In this document: positions 50,218 to 60,053 of the stretch, piece after piece
How positions within the stretch are numbered: position 1 is the first letter of the stretch
How the letters are laid out: each line of letters begins with the position of its first letter
Source of the DNA: Polyangia bacterium
GTDB taxonomy: Bacteria > Myxococcota_A > Polyangia > JAAYKL01
Assembly: GCA_050287845.1 (NCBI GenBank)
Contig: JBNKCR010000071.1
Location: 20,926 to 84,925, forward strand
Length of the DNA: 64,000 nucleotides
Direction of reading: 5' to 3'
Notes under the pieces: generated by a model
The model's database searches: none
What the model saw: the letters and a program-made list of their open reading frames with translations, nothing else
What the model was told of the DNA's origin: nothing
Program-made: the position numbers and the translations under genes

Positions 50218-51999
50218 ATGAAAGCTTCGGATTATATAATCGATTTTTTGGCACAAAAAGGCGTTCGTGCTGCTTTTGGAGTGACGGGCGGTGCGAACCT
50301 TCATCTATTTCAATCCGTTGAAAATCATCGTCAATTAAAATCAGTATACAATCACCACGAACAGGCTTCCGCGCTCGCTGCGGTTGCGTATTCCCGGGTG
50401 ACTAAAAACATTGGCGCAGCATTGGTGTCAACTGGACCGGCCGGTACCAATGCCATCACCGGGCTGGTGGCCGCATGGCAGGATTCTGTCCCCTGCATTT
50501 TTATCTCGGGCCAAACGCGTTTGAAGCACACCACTCATCAAAAACCGCTGCGGCAAATTGGATCGCAGGAACTCGATATTGTGTCACTGGTAACGCCGGT
50601 TACCAAGTATGCTCACATGATTTCATCTCCTGAAGAAATCCGCTACCAGTGTGAAAAGGCGTATTATTTTGCCCTTGAAGGTCGACCGGGACCGGTCTGG
50701 ATTGACGTACCCCTCGATTTTCAGTGGCTGCAAATCGATATTGATTCAATGACATCTTTTGTGCCGCCAATTAAAAAGGCCGCCGACAGTATAACGTCCT
50801 ATCAGCGCGCGCTGGCGATGATAGCCGAGGCGCAACGACCGCTCATTGTTTTAGGTGCCGGCTGCCGTGCGCCGGCGGTGGCCCAGGCTGTCATTGTATT
50901 TGCAGAGACACACAGCATACCGTTTGTCACCAGTTGGGGTATCAGCGATATTGTCGCAACCAGTCATCCCCTTCACATGGGGCGCATTGGACAGGTCGGT
51001 CAGCGTGGCGGAAATCTGGCCATTCAAAACTGCGATTTGGTGCTCGCGTTGGGAACGCATCTGTGCCCGTCAATGACGGGCACAGCTGTCGATGCCTTTG
51101 CACGTGACGCAAAAAAAATAATGGTCGATATTGATCCAAACGAAATCGAATTGACGGCAGTTTCTCTTGACCTGGGTATCGCCGGTGATGTCAGTGATTT
51201 TATCAGCTGGATACGCAACCAGTCATTAGAAGTGCAAGACTGGACGAAGCAAGCGCTGCGCTATCGTCCTTATAACAGTGTATACTGCGACCATTCTTTA
51301 CCTGAGGAGGGCATCAATCCGTGTCTTTTTGTTGACAGTCTATTTAATAAAACCAAATCGGGAGACTGCTTTGTTGTGGATGGTGGCGGTACAAACGTTT
51401 ACGCCACGATGCAGTCGTTGCGGTTTTTTGATGGACAGTCTCTGGTTTTTTCATCGGGTATTTGCGCCATGGGAACAGGCTTGCCTGAGAGTATCGGTGC
51501 AGCCTATGCCACCGAGGGGCAGGTATTTTGTTTTGTGGGTGACGGTAGCTTTCAGTTCAATATCCAGGAGCTGCAAACCATTTTTCACCATCAATTGAAT
51601 ATTCTGATTTTTGTATTTAATAATGACGGATACCTGGCCATTCGCAATACCCAGGATGACTATTTTGACGGACACTATTTTGGTTCGGATGCAAACAGCG
51701 GCGTATCGTTGCCAAAATACGAAAAAGTCTGTGCTGCATATAAGATTCCCTATTTTTCGATTAGGCATCATGACCAGTCTGAAGAGGTATTGAATATGTT
51801 GCTGTCATTAAATGGTCCGAGGGTGTGCGAACTGTTTGTGTCGAAAACATTTAAACCCGCGCCAACGCCAGGCATCGATAACAATAAAGAGGGGGTGAAG
51901 ACGCAACGTCCTCTGGAGGATATGGCGCCATATCTGCCAAGGGAGGAGCTGGACGATTTGATGATCGTATCCCCGTGGAATAAGTTAAATGAAAGGTAG
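50218..51999 (+). CDS. ThDP-dependent acetolactate-synthase-like carboligase (YerE-like)
   Basis: HHEQ, STGPAGTNA, GRPGPVWIDVPLD, GDGSFQFNIQELQT...NNDGY, C-terminal PLEDMAP typical of sugar-locus members. Confidence 0.85.
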   Translation: MKASDYIIDFLAQKGVRAAFGVTGGANLHLFQSVENHRQLKSVYNHHEQASALAAVAYSRVTKNIGAALVSTGPAGTNAITGLVAAWQDSVPCIFISGQTRLKHTTHQKPLRQIGSQELDIVSLVTPVTKYAHMISSPEEIRYQCEKAYYFALEGRPGPVWIDVPLDFQWLQIDIDSMTSFVPPIKKAADSITSYQRALAMIAEAQRPLIVLGAGCRAPAVAQAVIVFAETHSIPFVTSWGISDIVATSHPLHMGRIGQVGQRGGNLAIQNCDLVLALGTHLCPSMTGTAVDAFARDAKKIMVDIDPNEIELTAVSLDLGIAGDVSDFISWIRNQSLEVQDWTKQALRYRPYNSVYCDHSLPEEGINPCLFVDSLFNKTKSGDCFVVDGGGTNVYATMQSLRFFDGQSLVFSSGICAMGTGLPESIGAAYATEGQVFCFVGDGSFQFNIQELQTIFHHQLNILIFVFNNDGYLAIRNTQDDYFDGHYFGSDANSGVSLPKYEKVCAAYKIPYFSIRHHDQSEEVLNMLLSLNGPRVCELFVSKTFKPAPTPGIDNNKEGVKTQRPLEDMAPYLPREELDDLMIVSPWNKLNER

Positions 52000-52149
52000 A
52001 CACCTGGAATAGAATAATTGCGCGATGGATGGCAGAGGAACAGGGAGATGACAGACACGACCGTTGGGACATTTGGGAATTGGGGGCAGTGGCATGCACA
52101 GGAAATATTAGTGATAAAGCGCATTAAAACGGATAAAAAGGTGGGGGAC

Positions 52150-53604
52150 ATGGAACAGATTGTTAAAGATATCAGAGCGGCTGTGAAATCAGAACAGACC
52201 GTTTGTCTCGTTACCGGAAATTTCAATATCGTTCATCCGGGCCATCTCCGATTGCTTCGTTTCGCATCGGAGCAGGCGGACTTTCTGGTTGTGGGCGTAT
52301 ACTCCGATCGGATGGGCCATGTCATCATTCCCGAACAGTTGCGTCTTGAAGGCATTGAGGCAACCAGCTGGGTTAACTATTCGTTTATACTCGATACGCC
52401 TCCCGAAATGTTTATCGAAGCACTGAAACCCGATTGTGTGGTGAAAGGCAAGGAGCATGAGAAAGGTTACAATCCGGAAAAAGACGTATTGGATGCCTAT
52501 GGCGGTGTGCTGGTGTTCAGTTCGGGAGATGTGACATTTTCCTCTATTGATTTACTGAAAGAAGGGGATTTAGACGAAATAAAGGACAAGTCCCATGGCT
52601 ACCTGACCAGACATCACATACGCACTGAAGACATTCAACACACGGTGGATGCATTTGACCGACTGAAAGTGATTGTCATTGGTGAAACGATCGTTGATGA
52701 ATACGTGACCTGCGAAGCGGTGGGTATGTCTCAGGAAGACCCTACAATTGTGGTGTCGCCCATTCACCATGAATCGTTTTTAGGTGCTGCCGGCATCGTT
52801 TCTGCTCATGCGGCCCGTCTGGGTGCTCATGTACGCTTTTTTTCTGTGATTGGTGACAACGACTGTTCACAGTTTGTCAGAGAAAAAATAGAGGAATATG
52901 GAATTGACGGCCATTTCGTTGTCGATAAAACACGCCCCACCATTCGCAAGCAACGATTTCGGTCGAAGGACAAAAACCTTTTAAGGGTCAATTATTTGCA
53001 TCAGCACGATATTTCACAGGACCTTCAAAACAGATTGTATGATGAAGTGGCGTCGGTTGTTGATGATACGAATCTCATTATTTTTTCAGATTTCAATTAC
53101 GGATGTCTGCCTCAGGATTTGGTGAATCGACTGTCTAAACTGTTTCAGTCTAAAAATAAAAAAGTGGTTGCCGACAGTCAGTCGTCGTCTCAGACAGGAG
53201 ACGTGTCCCGGTATAAAAAAATGGATCTTTTAACGCCTACGGAGCGGGAAGCCAGATTGGCGTTAAATGATCGCACTTCGGGGTTGGTTGTGCTTGCCGA
53301 AAAATTGAGAAAGAAAGCAAGCGCCAAAAATATACTGATTACCATGGGCGCTGAAGGGCTGTTGATTCAATCCGGCGTAAAGAATACCTGGCAAACAGAC
53401 CGGCTGCCGGCGTTCAATAAAAATCCAAAAGATGAATCAGGCGCCGGAGACTCTTTTTTGGCATGTGCATCGCTGGCGCTGGCGGTAACAGATAATATTT
53501 GGATGTCATGTTATCTTGGGTCTGTGGCGTCCGGTATTCAGGTGTCTCGCCTCGGTAATATTCCAATAGCAAAATCTGAATTGATTCATCATCTGGAGCT
53601 GTGA
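52150..53604 (+). CDS. Bifunctional cytidylyltransferase-like + PfkB kinase (HldE-like, reversed domain order)
   Basis: N-terminal GNFNIVHPGHLRLL (HxGH), VKG. C-terminal IGE.IVDEY, FSDFNYG, TPTEREAR, D.SGAGD. Confidence 0.85.
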   Translation: MEQIVKDIRAAVKSEQTVCLVTGNFNIVHPGHLRLLRFASEQADFLVVGVYSDRMGHVIIPEQLRLEGIEATSWVNYSFILDTPPEMFIEALKPDCVVKGKEHEKGYNPEKDVLDAYGGVLVFSSGDVTFSSIDLLKEGDLDEIKDKSHGYLTRHHIRTEDIQHTVDAFDRLKVIVIGETIVDEYVTCEAVGMSQEDPTIVVSPIHHESFLGAAGIVSAHAARLGAHVRFFSVIGDNDCSQFVREKIEEYGIDGHFVVDKTRPTIRKQRFRSKDKNLLRVNYLHQHDISQDLQNRLYDEVASVVDDTNLIIFSDFNYGCLPQDLVNRLSKLFQSKNKKVVADSQSSSQTGDVSRYKKMDLLTPTEREARLALNDRTSGLVVLAEKLRKKASAKNILITMGAEGLLIQSGVKNTWQTDRLPAFNKNPKDESGAGDSFLACASLALAVTDNIWMSCYLGSVASGIQVSRLGNIPIAKSELIHHLEL

Positions 53605-54779
53605 CGGTGTCTGGTAAACAAAAGCGATTCGCCTATATCTCGGCCCAGCGTATCGGACATGTGCTCTGGGAAACGCTTGTTCTGCAAAGTTATGCCATCA
53701 AACACAATTACAAATTAACTGTATACCTTGGCCCCAAAGTACCCAATCGATACATGCATTACTTAAAGGACGACAATCTGACGTTCAGGTATATTGGTAA
53801 TACTGGATATGCATTCATCGTTACTGTTCTGCGCGCATACAAGCGCATTTTAAAAATGTTTGGTAAGTATTCCTCTAAAACAACGAACCGGTTTACCCGA
53901 TTTCAAAATGATCTTTTGGGGAGGATGCTGGACAATTTTTTTGGCAAACGAATGGGCATTCCCTTTGATACATATGACGGCAGTTACTTTAACTTTCCTC
54001 TAATAAAAAAACATTTTCGACCATTTACGCTGTCAAAAAAATGCATCAAAAAATGCAGATGCACAGTTGAACGGCATTTGGGAATCGCACGTGAAGACAC
54101 CCCCTGGTATTGCCTTCATCTACGAGACAGTCTGTACCTGAATGACAACTACAGAGAATGGCGAAATACATCTTTTGAAAACTACATTCCGCTAATCAGC
54201 CACATTCATAAATCGGGATACATTGTCGTGCTGATGGGAACGAAATCGTCCAGACAGCCTGTCGCCATCAATGGATTGATAGACTATGCTCACAGCGATG
54301 TGCAGGGCGGATTGCTCGATTTGTATTTTTCATTTTCATGCAAAGGATTTATTGGCGGTGCATCGGGCCTGGCATTGATGCCCATGCTGTTTACAACACC
54401 TCTTTTGCTGACCAATATTTATCCTTTATCGTTTGTTGGGTATAACAGCAAAAACATGACATTGTTTAAAAATGTGTATTCTGAATCCCACGGCAGGACG
54501 CTGACAGTCGAGGAAATTCTCGATGACGAGAATCTCTGTCACTTTGCGACCGATGACGAATACAAAAAAGCCGGCTTGCGCATTGACGAAAATTCACCTG
54601 AAAAAATTGTGTCTGTCTTTAAGGATTTTGTGAATGCCATTGACAATGGCAGCATCATGCAACTGTCAGCAGATGACATTGCGAATGTGGCTCTTTTTGA
54701 GGCGCGAATTAATAAACGAAAGGGCCATATAGAACCCACCATGTTTTATCCGGATGCGGTGTCAAAACTTATTCGATAG
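53601..54779 (+). CDS. Putative glycosyltransferase, TIGR04372-like
   Basis: RIGH N-terminal motif, CLHLRD..Y....RN, GY.VVLMG, IDYA, LD.Y, FIG..SG, ENSPE. GTGA overlap. Confidence 0.72.
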   Translation: MTVSGKQKRFAYISAQRIGHVLWETLVLQSYAIKHNYKLTVYLGPKVPNRYMHYLKDDNLTFRYIGNTGYAFIVTVLRAYKRILKMFGKYSSKTTNRFTRFQNDLLGRMLDNFFGKRMGIPFDTYDGSYFNFPLIKKHFRPFTLSKKCIKKCRCTVERHLGIAREDTPWYCLHLRDSLYLNDNYREWRNTSFENYIPLISHIHKSGYIVVLMGTKSSRQPVAINGLIDYAHSDVQGGLLDLYFSFSCKGFIGGASGLALMPMLFTTPLLLTNIYPLSFVGYNSKNMTLFKNVYSESHGRTLTVEEILDDENLCHFATDDEYKKAGLRIDENSPEKIVSVFKDFVNAIDNGSIMQLSADDIANVALFEARINKRKGHIEPTMFYPDAVSKLIR

Positions 54780-54788
54780 GAAGCTGCG

Positions 54789-55721
54789 ATGTTAGTGAAA
54801 AGAAAAAATACAGCGACAGCCATTGAAATGAATGCATTGAAGCGCGAAAGCATGGCGTCTGTACAAAAGAAACTGAAAGACGGGATTTATCGTGAAACAG
54901 AAAATTCGTGTCTGTGCGAAAAAAGCGATGACTGGGACATTTCAGATTTTGACCGGTTCAGATTCAGTATAAAAACGAAACTGTGTAAATGTTGCGGGCT
55001 GATGAGAAGTGATCCCTACTATGACAGTGATACCATCGATAAGTTTTACGACTGTGAATATCGCCCCCTGTATGTCGGGAGCAATGAATGTACAGATGGC
55101 TTCTTTGACAACCAAAAAAGTATTGGCACATCAATTTTAAAATTCTCCACTGATTTTTTATCCGCCGACATGACAGTTCATGAAATCGGTTGCGGCGCAG
55201 GTGGCATATTGACACCGTTTAGAGAACTGGGGTGCCGCGTCAGCGGGAATGATCTGGGGTCAGAGTATATTGTGTTTGGCAAAAAAAAAGGGCTTGAATT
55301 ACACCATGGGGATTTTTTTAAAATTGCTGAGAATCGTGAATTTGATTTGATAATTCTAAATCACGTTCTTGAGCATGTGACAGATCCCGTGGCGTTTGCG
55401 ACAAAACTGCACGACAAGCTCGCACCACAGGGGTTTCTTTATGTGGGTGTTCCCGGAATAGATGTGATACCGGTCTATTATCACAACGACATCGCATTGT
55501 ACCTGCAAAACGCTCATGCATATCACTATTGTCAATTCACATTGTCTGAGGTCTTAAAAAAGGCAGGTTTTAAATGCATCAAATCAGATTACATAATTCG
55601 CTCCCTGTACGTTAAGGACATCAACGATACTCACGAGCAATTGCTTCAATCAGACACGCCTGCAGATATTTATGGACGGCTAAAAAAATATGAAGACGCA
55701 TACCATATTAAAAATGGTTGA
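54789..55721 (+). CDS. Class I SAM methyltransferase with N-terminal Cys cluster
   Basis: CLC...CKCCGL, EIGCGAG, NHVLEHV.DP, VPG. Confidence 0.82.
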   Translation: MLVKRKNTATAIEMNALKRESMASVQKKLKDGIYRETENSCLCEKSDDWDISDFDRFRFSIKTKLCKCCGLMRSDPYYDSDTIDKFYDCEYRPLYVGSNECTDGFFDNQKSIGTSILKFSTDFLSADMTVHEIGCGAGGILTPFRELGCRVSGNDLGSEYIVFGKKKGLELHHGDFFKIAENREFDLIILNHVLEHVTDPVAFATKLHDKLAPQGFLYVGVPGIDVIPVYYHNDIALYLQNAHAYHYCQFTLSEVLKKAGFKCIKSDYIIRSLYVKDINDTHEQLLQSDTPADIYGRLKKYEDAYHIKNG

Positions 55722-55761
55722 ACTTCGTTGTGAGTGATTTGCGAACAGAAAAAGAGACGAC

Positions 55762-56838
55762 ATGAAAGGTGACAGTAGTTTTTTCGAAAAGCATCAGCAG
55801 TTGACCAGACAGGCATATGAAAATCCAGACACGCTGCCTCATCGGTATGTGTTTATTTTGACAAATCAGTGCAATTTAAAATGCAGTTTCTGTTTTCAGG
55901 ATAAAGACAAACGCAAAGATGCGATGACACCTGGAGACTGGATAGCCCTTGTTGATCAGATTCCAAACCATTCGCGAATCACGATGACTGGTGGTGAACC
56001 GTTGATGTTCAGGGATTTCAGGACAGTATTTTCGTATGCGGCCAAAAGGCACGAGTGCAATCTACTCACCAACGGTACGTTGCTGAGTAAAGATATGATT
56101 GATTTTCTGCTGTCTTTTAAAAATTTTAAAGTGTTATCCATTTCATTGGATGATGTCAAAAACAGACTTCGTCCGATAAACGACAGTACCTGGCAATCTG
56201 TTGAAGAAACACTGACATATTTTACAAAACGGCGAAATGAAGAGAAAAAGGACTGTTTACTTGACTGTAAAACGGTGGTGCTTGATGCCAATGGGGACCG
56301 TTTGCTTGATATTCACAAATACTGTGTTGAACAAATGAATTGTGACACCCATGTTTTTCAAATGCTCAAGGGGTCACCTCTTCAGCACGCCGATACGATG
56401 TACAGTCTTGATGACGCCTTTAAAAAGTCAAAAATGGAACCGTATAAAAAATTTGACAGTATTGTCGAAGAGTTCGAAAAAATTCGTCAGTACAGCAAGA
56501 GGAATAAAACCAGGGTTTATGTGCATCCTAAAATTGCGCAGTTTGATTCGGATGAAGCGATTGCCAAATCGAGCCTGATGTATTTCAACGTGAGTGAACA
56601 CATTAAAAGCGACTTTTTGCCATGCATGTTTCCATGGTCAAGTGTTCATATTAATGTCGATGGAAATCTGTTTCCCTGCCTGGCGGTATCAATGGGGAAT
56701 GTAAAAGAGACGCCTTTAAAAGATATAGTACAGGGTAAACAATTTGTTCGATTCAAAGAAATGATAAAAACAGAAGGCACGATTGAAGCGTGCAATCATT
56801 GTGGCTATCTGCATCCAAAACACATCTGGGAAAGGTAA
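55762..56838 (+). CDS. Radical SAM protein with SPASM/twitch domain
   Basis: CNLKCSFC, GGEP, TNG, CMFPW...DGNLFPC...GN...CNHC. Confidence 0.9.
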   Translation: MKGDSSFFEKHQQLTRQAYENPDTLPHRYVFILTNQCNLKCSFCFQDKDKRKDAMTPGDWIALVDQIPNHSRITMTGGEPLMFRDFRTVFSYAAKRHECNLLTNGTLLSKDMIDFLLSFKNFKVLSISLDDVKNRLRPINDSTWQSVEETLTYFTKRRNEEKKDCLLDCKTVVLDANGDRLLDIHKYCVEQMNCDTHVFQMLKGSPLQHADTMYSLDDAFKKSKMEPYKKFDSIVEEFEKIRQYSKRNKTRVYVHPKIAQFDSDEAIAKSSLMYFNVSEHIKSDFLPCMFPWSSVHINVDGNLFPCLAVSMGNVKETPLKDIVQGKQFVRFKEMIKTEGTIEACNHCGYLHPKHIWER

Positions 56839-56851
56839 TCGAGGTGGCGGA

Positions 56852-57736
56852 ATGCAAAGATTGGTTATATTCGGCGGTGGCTTTATTGGTGGCTATTTAT
56901 TTAGTAGATTCAGTGAAAACAGAATTGATGTGATTCAGTTTCGTTCCAATGATTGTAACCTGCTCGATATTGAATCAATTCGTCAAAACTACACTGTAAA
57001 AAAAAACGATATTATTATTTTATCGGCTGCGATAACGCGGCTGGTACAAAACAATGACGTCTCTATGAGGAAAAATATTGATATGGCCATCAACCTGACA
57101 AACCATATCAGCGACAGTCTGGTCAAACCCGAATTGTTCATATTCTTTAGCAGTGTTGATGTATACGGGCTTCTTGAAAATGAAAATGTCATAACAGAAA
57201 GCCTGCCCTTGCAACCCGACGATTACTACGCGATGTCCAAAGTCGTCGGTGAATTTATAATTAAAAAAAAAATGAAAGCGTCCGGTGTTCCCACTGCTAT
57301 TTTGCGATTGAGCGGTGTGTATGGACCAGGGGACAGTCAGAAGAGCACCATTGGTAAAATGTACGATGGACTGGTCACTGATGGCAAAATTCGAATTTTT
57401 GATAAGGGACGGGATAAAAGAGATTTTCTATATGTTGATGATATTTATAAAGTGATTGGGCATTTGATTCAACAGCCAAAGGATTCCATTCTTAATTTGG
57501 CATCGGGTACGAGTTATCCTGTTGTTGAAATCGCCCGCAAAATAATTACCTGTTTTGGTAACAAGGGTAAACTCGAATTTGCACAATCAAATAGTACCCA
57601 TCAGACGAGACGCGCAAAAAATATGGTATACAATATAACAGAGCTGAAAAGCAGGATGGACGGCATCAGCATGACCAGCATTGACGACGGCCTGAAAGAA
57701 TATGTGTCTGACAGGAAATTAAAGGACACGCAGTGA
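56852..57736 (+). CDS. NAD-dependent epimerase/dehydratase (possible NDP-keto-sugar reductase)
   Basis: GGGFIG, SSVDVYG, YAMSK, LRLSGVYG, RDFLYVDD. Confidence 0.85.
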   Translation: MQRLVIFGGGFIGGYLFSRFSENRIDVIQFRSNDCNLLDIESIRQNYTVKKNDIIILSAAITRLVQNNDVSMRKNIDMAINLTNHISDSLVKPELFIFFSSVDVYGLLENENVITESLPLQPDDYYAMSKVVGEFIIKKKMKASGVPTAILRLSGVYGPGDSQKSTIGKMYDGLVTDGKIRIFDKGRDKRDFLYVDDIYKVIGHLIQQPKDSILNLASGTSYPVVEIARKIITCFGNKGKLEFAQSNSTHQTRRAKNMVYNITELKSRMDGISMTSIDDGLKEYVSDRKLKDTQ

Positions 57737-57760
57737 TGATGCCTTATGTAAGCAATAGCA

Positions 57761-58885
57761 ATGAATAACATAAATCATGAAATTATTTTAAACGGCGGTG
57801 ATTACACCGGGATGAGCCTTTTGGGCGTTGATAGAAGAGAGTGTATAGAGATGTATACTTTCATGGTGCGTTTAAGACGGCTGCAGGAAGCGATTATTGA
57901 TGCGTATCATCCTGATGACGAGATGAAATGTCCAGTTCATTTTTGCATCGGTGAAGAAGCGGTGTCTGCAGCGCTGTCGCAGGTAGTACAAGAAAATGAT
58001 TATTTGTTTGGTCCGCACAGATCCCATGCCTACTACTTTGCAAAGGGAGGAGAGATGGGGCCGCTGGTCGCCGAGCTGTACGGAAAAGAAACCGGCACCA
58101 ACGCGGGACTGGCCGGGTCACAGGAGATTTCGAATACAGAGATTCATTATTACAGTGGCGCTATTTTGACCGGGTTGGTTGGGATTGCCACCGGCGTGGG
58201 GTTGGGATTAAAACTGGATAACAAAAAAGATGTCATGGTTGTTTGCATGGGAGACGGTGCTGTGGATGAAGGATTGTTTTGGGAATCAATCAACTATGCC
58301 CAGCTCAACCAACTGCCTGTTGTATATATCTGTGAAAATAATCGATACTCCACATATTCTCCTCAGGAAAGTCGTCAGGTCGCACAGACTATAAATGCGC
58401 GGGTGGCGGCGTTTGGTATGAAGACCAGAGCGATGTTTGGAAATGATGTGGTTCAGTTGAAAAACGTGTTGAGAGACGCCATTGATTTTGCGAGAAGTGG
58501 CAAAGGTCCCTTTTTTTTAGAGACATTTACATATCGCTGGAAAGGCCATGTGGGGCCGGAAGATGACGACGATGTAGGCTACAGAAGTCCAGACGAACTG
58601 GCATACTGGAAAAGAAACTGTCCAATTGCATTGCTTGAAAACGCGATGACAAATGCAGGTTACCTGGAAGAATCTGAAAAAACTGAAATTATCAAAATAG
58701 TTGATAAAGAGATTGCCGGCGCGTTCGATTTTGCGCAATTGAGTCGGTTTATGGAAGAGGTGGATTGGTATGATCAGAATTATTCAACAGACTCGCCTCT
58801 GGCGGATAAGCTGCTGGTTGAGATTGATGCGAACGATAATGAATTTAATATATCTCAACCTGAAACACGTCCAGCGCCGTACTGA
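57761..58885 (+). CDS. ThDP-dependent dehydrogenase E1 alpha subunit-like
   Basis: H.CIGEEA, HRSH, GDGAVDEG...ENNRY, TYRWKGHVG. Confidence 0.9.
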   Translation: MNNINHEIILNGGDYTGMSLLGVDRRECIEMYTFMVRLRRLQEAIIDAYHPDDEMKCPVHFCIGEEAVSAALSQVVQENDYLFGPHRSHAYYFAKGGEMGPLVAELYGKETGTNAGLAGSQEISNTEIHYYSGAILTGLVGIATGVGLGLKLDNKKDVMVVCMGDGAVDEGLFWESINYAQLNQLPVVYICENNRYSTYSPQESRQVAQTINARVAAFGMKTRAMFGNDVVQLKNVLRDAIDFARSGKGPFFLETFTYRWKGHVGPEDDDDVGYRSPDELAYWKRNCPIALLENAMTNAGYLEESEKTEIIKIVDKEIAGAFDFAQLSRFMEEVDWYDQNYSTDSPLADKLLVEIDANDNEFNISQPETRPAPY

Positions 58886-58993
58886 AATTTGCTACTGTGA
58901 TAAATCATGTTTGATTCAAAACAGCATTTTGAACGAACTGTTCTGGTGAACTGTTTTAGAGAACTTTCGGGGTGAATATTGGGGGAGATAGCT

Positions 58994-59965
58994 ATGCGGG
59001 AACTGACATATTCTGAGGCCATTGCAGAAGCTTTAGATCAGGCAATGATGCTTTGCAAAGATGTTTTTGTCATGGGGCAGCTGGTTGATTACAAGCCTGG
59101 CATATTTGGCACGACCCAGGGCCTGGCAGACAAGTATGGTCGGGATAGGGTTCGGGATTTTCCAAACGCCGAGAGTGTCATGACCTCCACCGCCATTGGC
59201 GCTGCGCTTGTAGGCAAGAGACCGGTCCTGGTACACCCCCGTGTGGATTTTATGATTTACTCGTTGGATGCCATTGTTAACTGGCTGTCCCTTTGGCGAT
59301 TCAAATCAAACAAAAAATCAAATCTTCCAGTTACCATAAGAGCCATCATTGGCAAGGGATGGGGGCAGGGGCCTCAGCACTCGAAAAATCTTCACAGCTG
59401 GTTTACCCATTTACCAGGGTTAAAAGTCGCCATGCCGGCCACTGCATACGATATTAAAGGACTCATGCTCGAAAGTATTTTCAGTGAGAGTCCCACTGTT
59501 ATATTAGAAAACAGAGCGCTGTTTTCTATGCGAGACAACGTTCCTGAAAAACCGTACCGAGTGCGCTTTGGTAAAGCGGCGGTCCGCAGAGAAGGACAGG
59601 ATGTCACACTGGTGTGCCTGGGACTGACAGTGCCTTTAACGCTGAAAGTAGCAGAACTATTGGCCCCAAAAGGTGTACGTGCAGAAGTTATCGATCTTCG
59701 AACGTTATCACCAATGGATATTGATACGGTCACGCAGTCTGTATCGAAAACGCGAAAACTGGCTGTCATTGATTCATCGTGGAAAACATTAAGCATTGCT
59801 TCGGAGGTAATCGCGTCGGTCGCGCTGACCCATGCAAATGTTTTGAATGCAAATCCGGTGAGGATTACGCTGCCAGACAGTCATACCCCCATGAACTGTC
59901 AGCTGGAAAACGCGTTTTATCTTGATGAAAAAAAAATACTTAAAGCGCTTGAAAAAGTATTGTAG
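58994..59965 (+). CDS. ThDP-dependent dehydrogenase E1 beta subunit-like
   Basis: TYSEAI, GPQHS, PGLKVAMP, IDLRTLSP. Confidence 0.9.
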   Translation: MRELTYSEAIAEALDQAMMLCKDVFVMGQLVDYKPGIFGTTQGLADKYGRDRVRDFPNAESVMTSTAIGAALVGKRPVLVHPRVDFMIYSLDAIVNWLSLWRFKSNKKSNLPVTIRAIIGKGWGQGPQHSKNLHSWFTHLPGLKVAMPATAYDIKGLMLESIFSESPTVILENRALFSMRDNVPEKPYRVRFGKAAVRREGQDVTLVCLGLTVPLTLKVAELLAPKGVRAEVIDLRTLSPMDIDTVTQSVSKTRKLAVIDSSWKTLSIASEVIASVALTHANVLNANPVRITLPDSHTPMNCQLENAFYLDEKKILKALEKVL

Positions 59966-60053
59966 CACCCCCTTTTTTAGCTGCTGCCGGGTTGTTTTGA
60001 TGATCCAAAAGATAACCGGGGTGAATTCATATTAAAGAAAAAGGTATGATAAC

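Noticed and set aside
50218..51999. Housekeeping ilvB acetolactate synthase
   Set aside because: No ilvN/ilvC neighbours, and the sequence signature and context fit YerE-like sugar enzymes.
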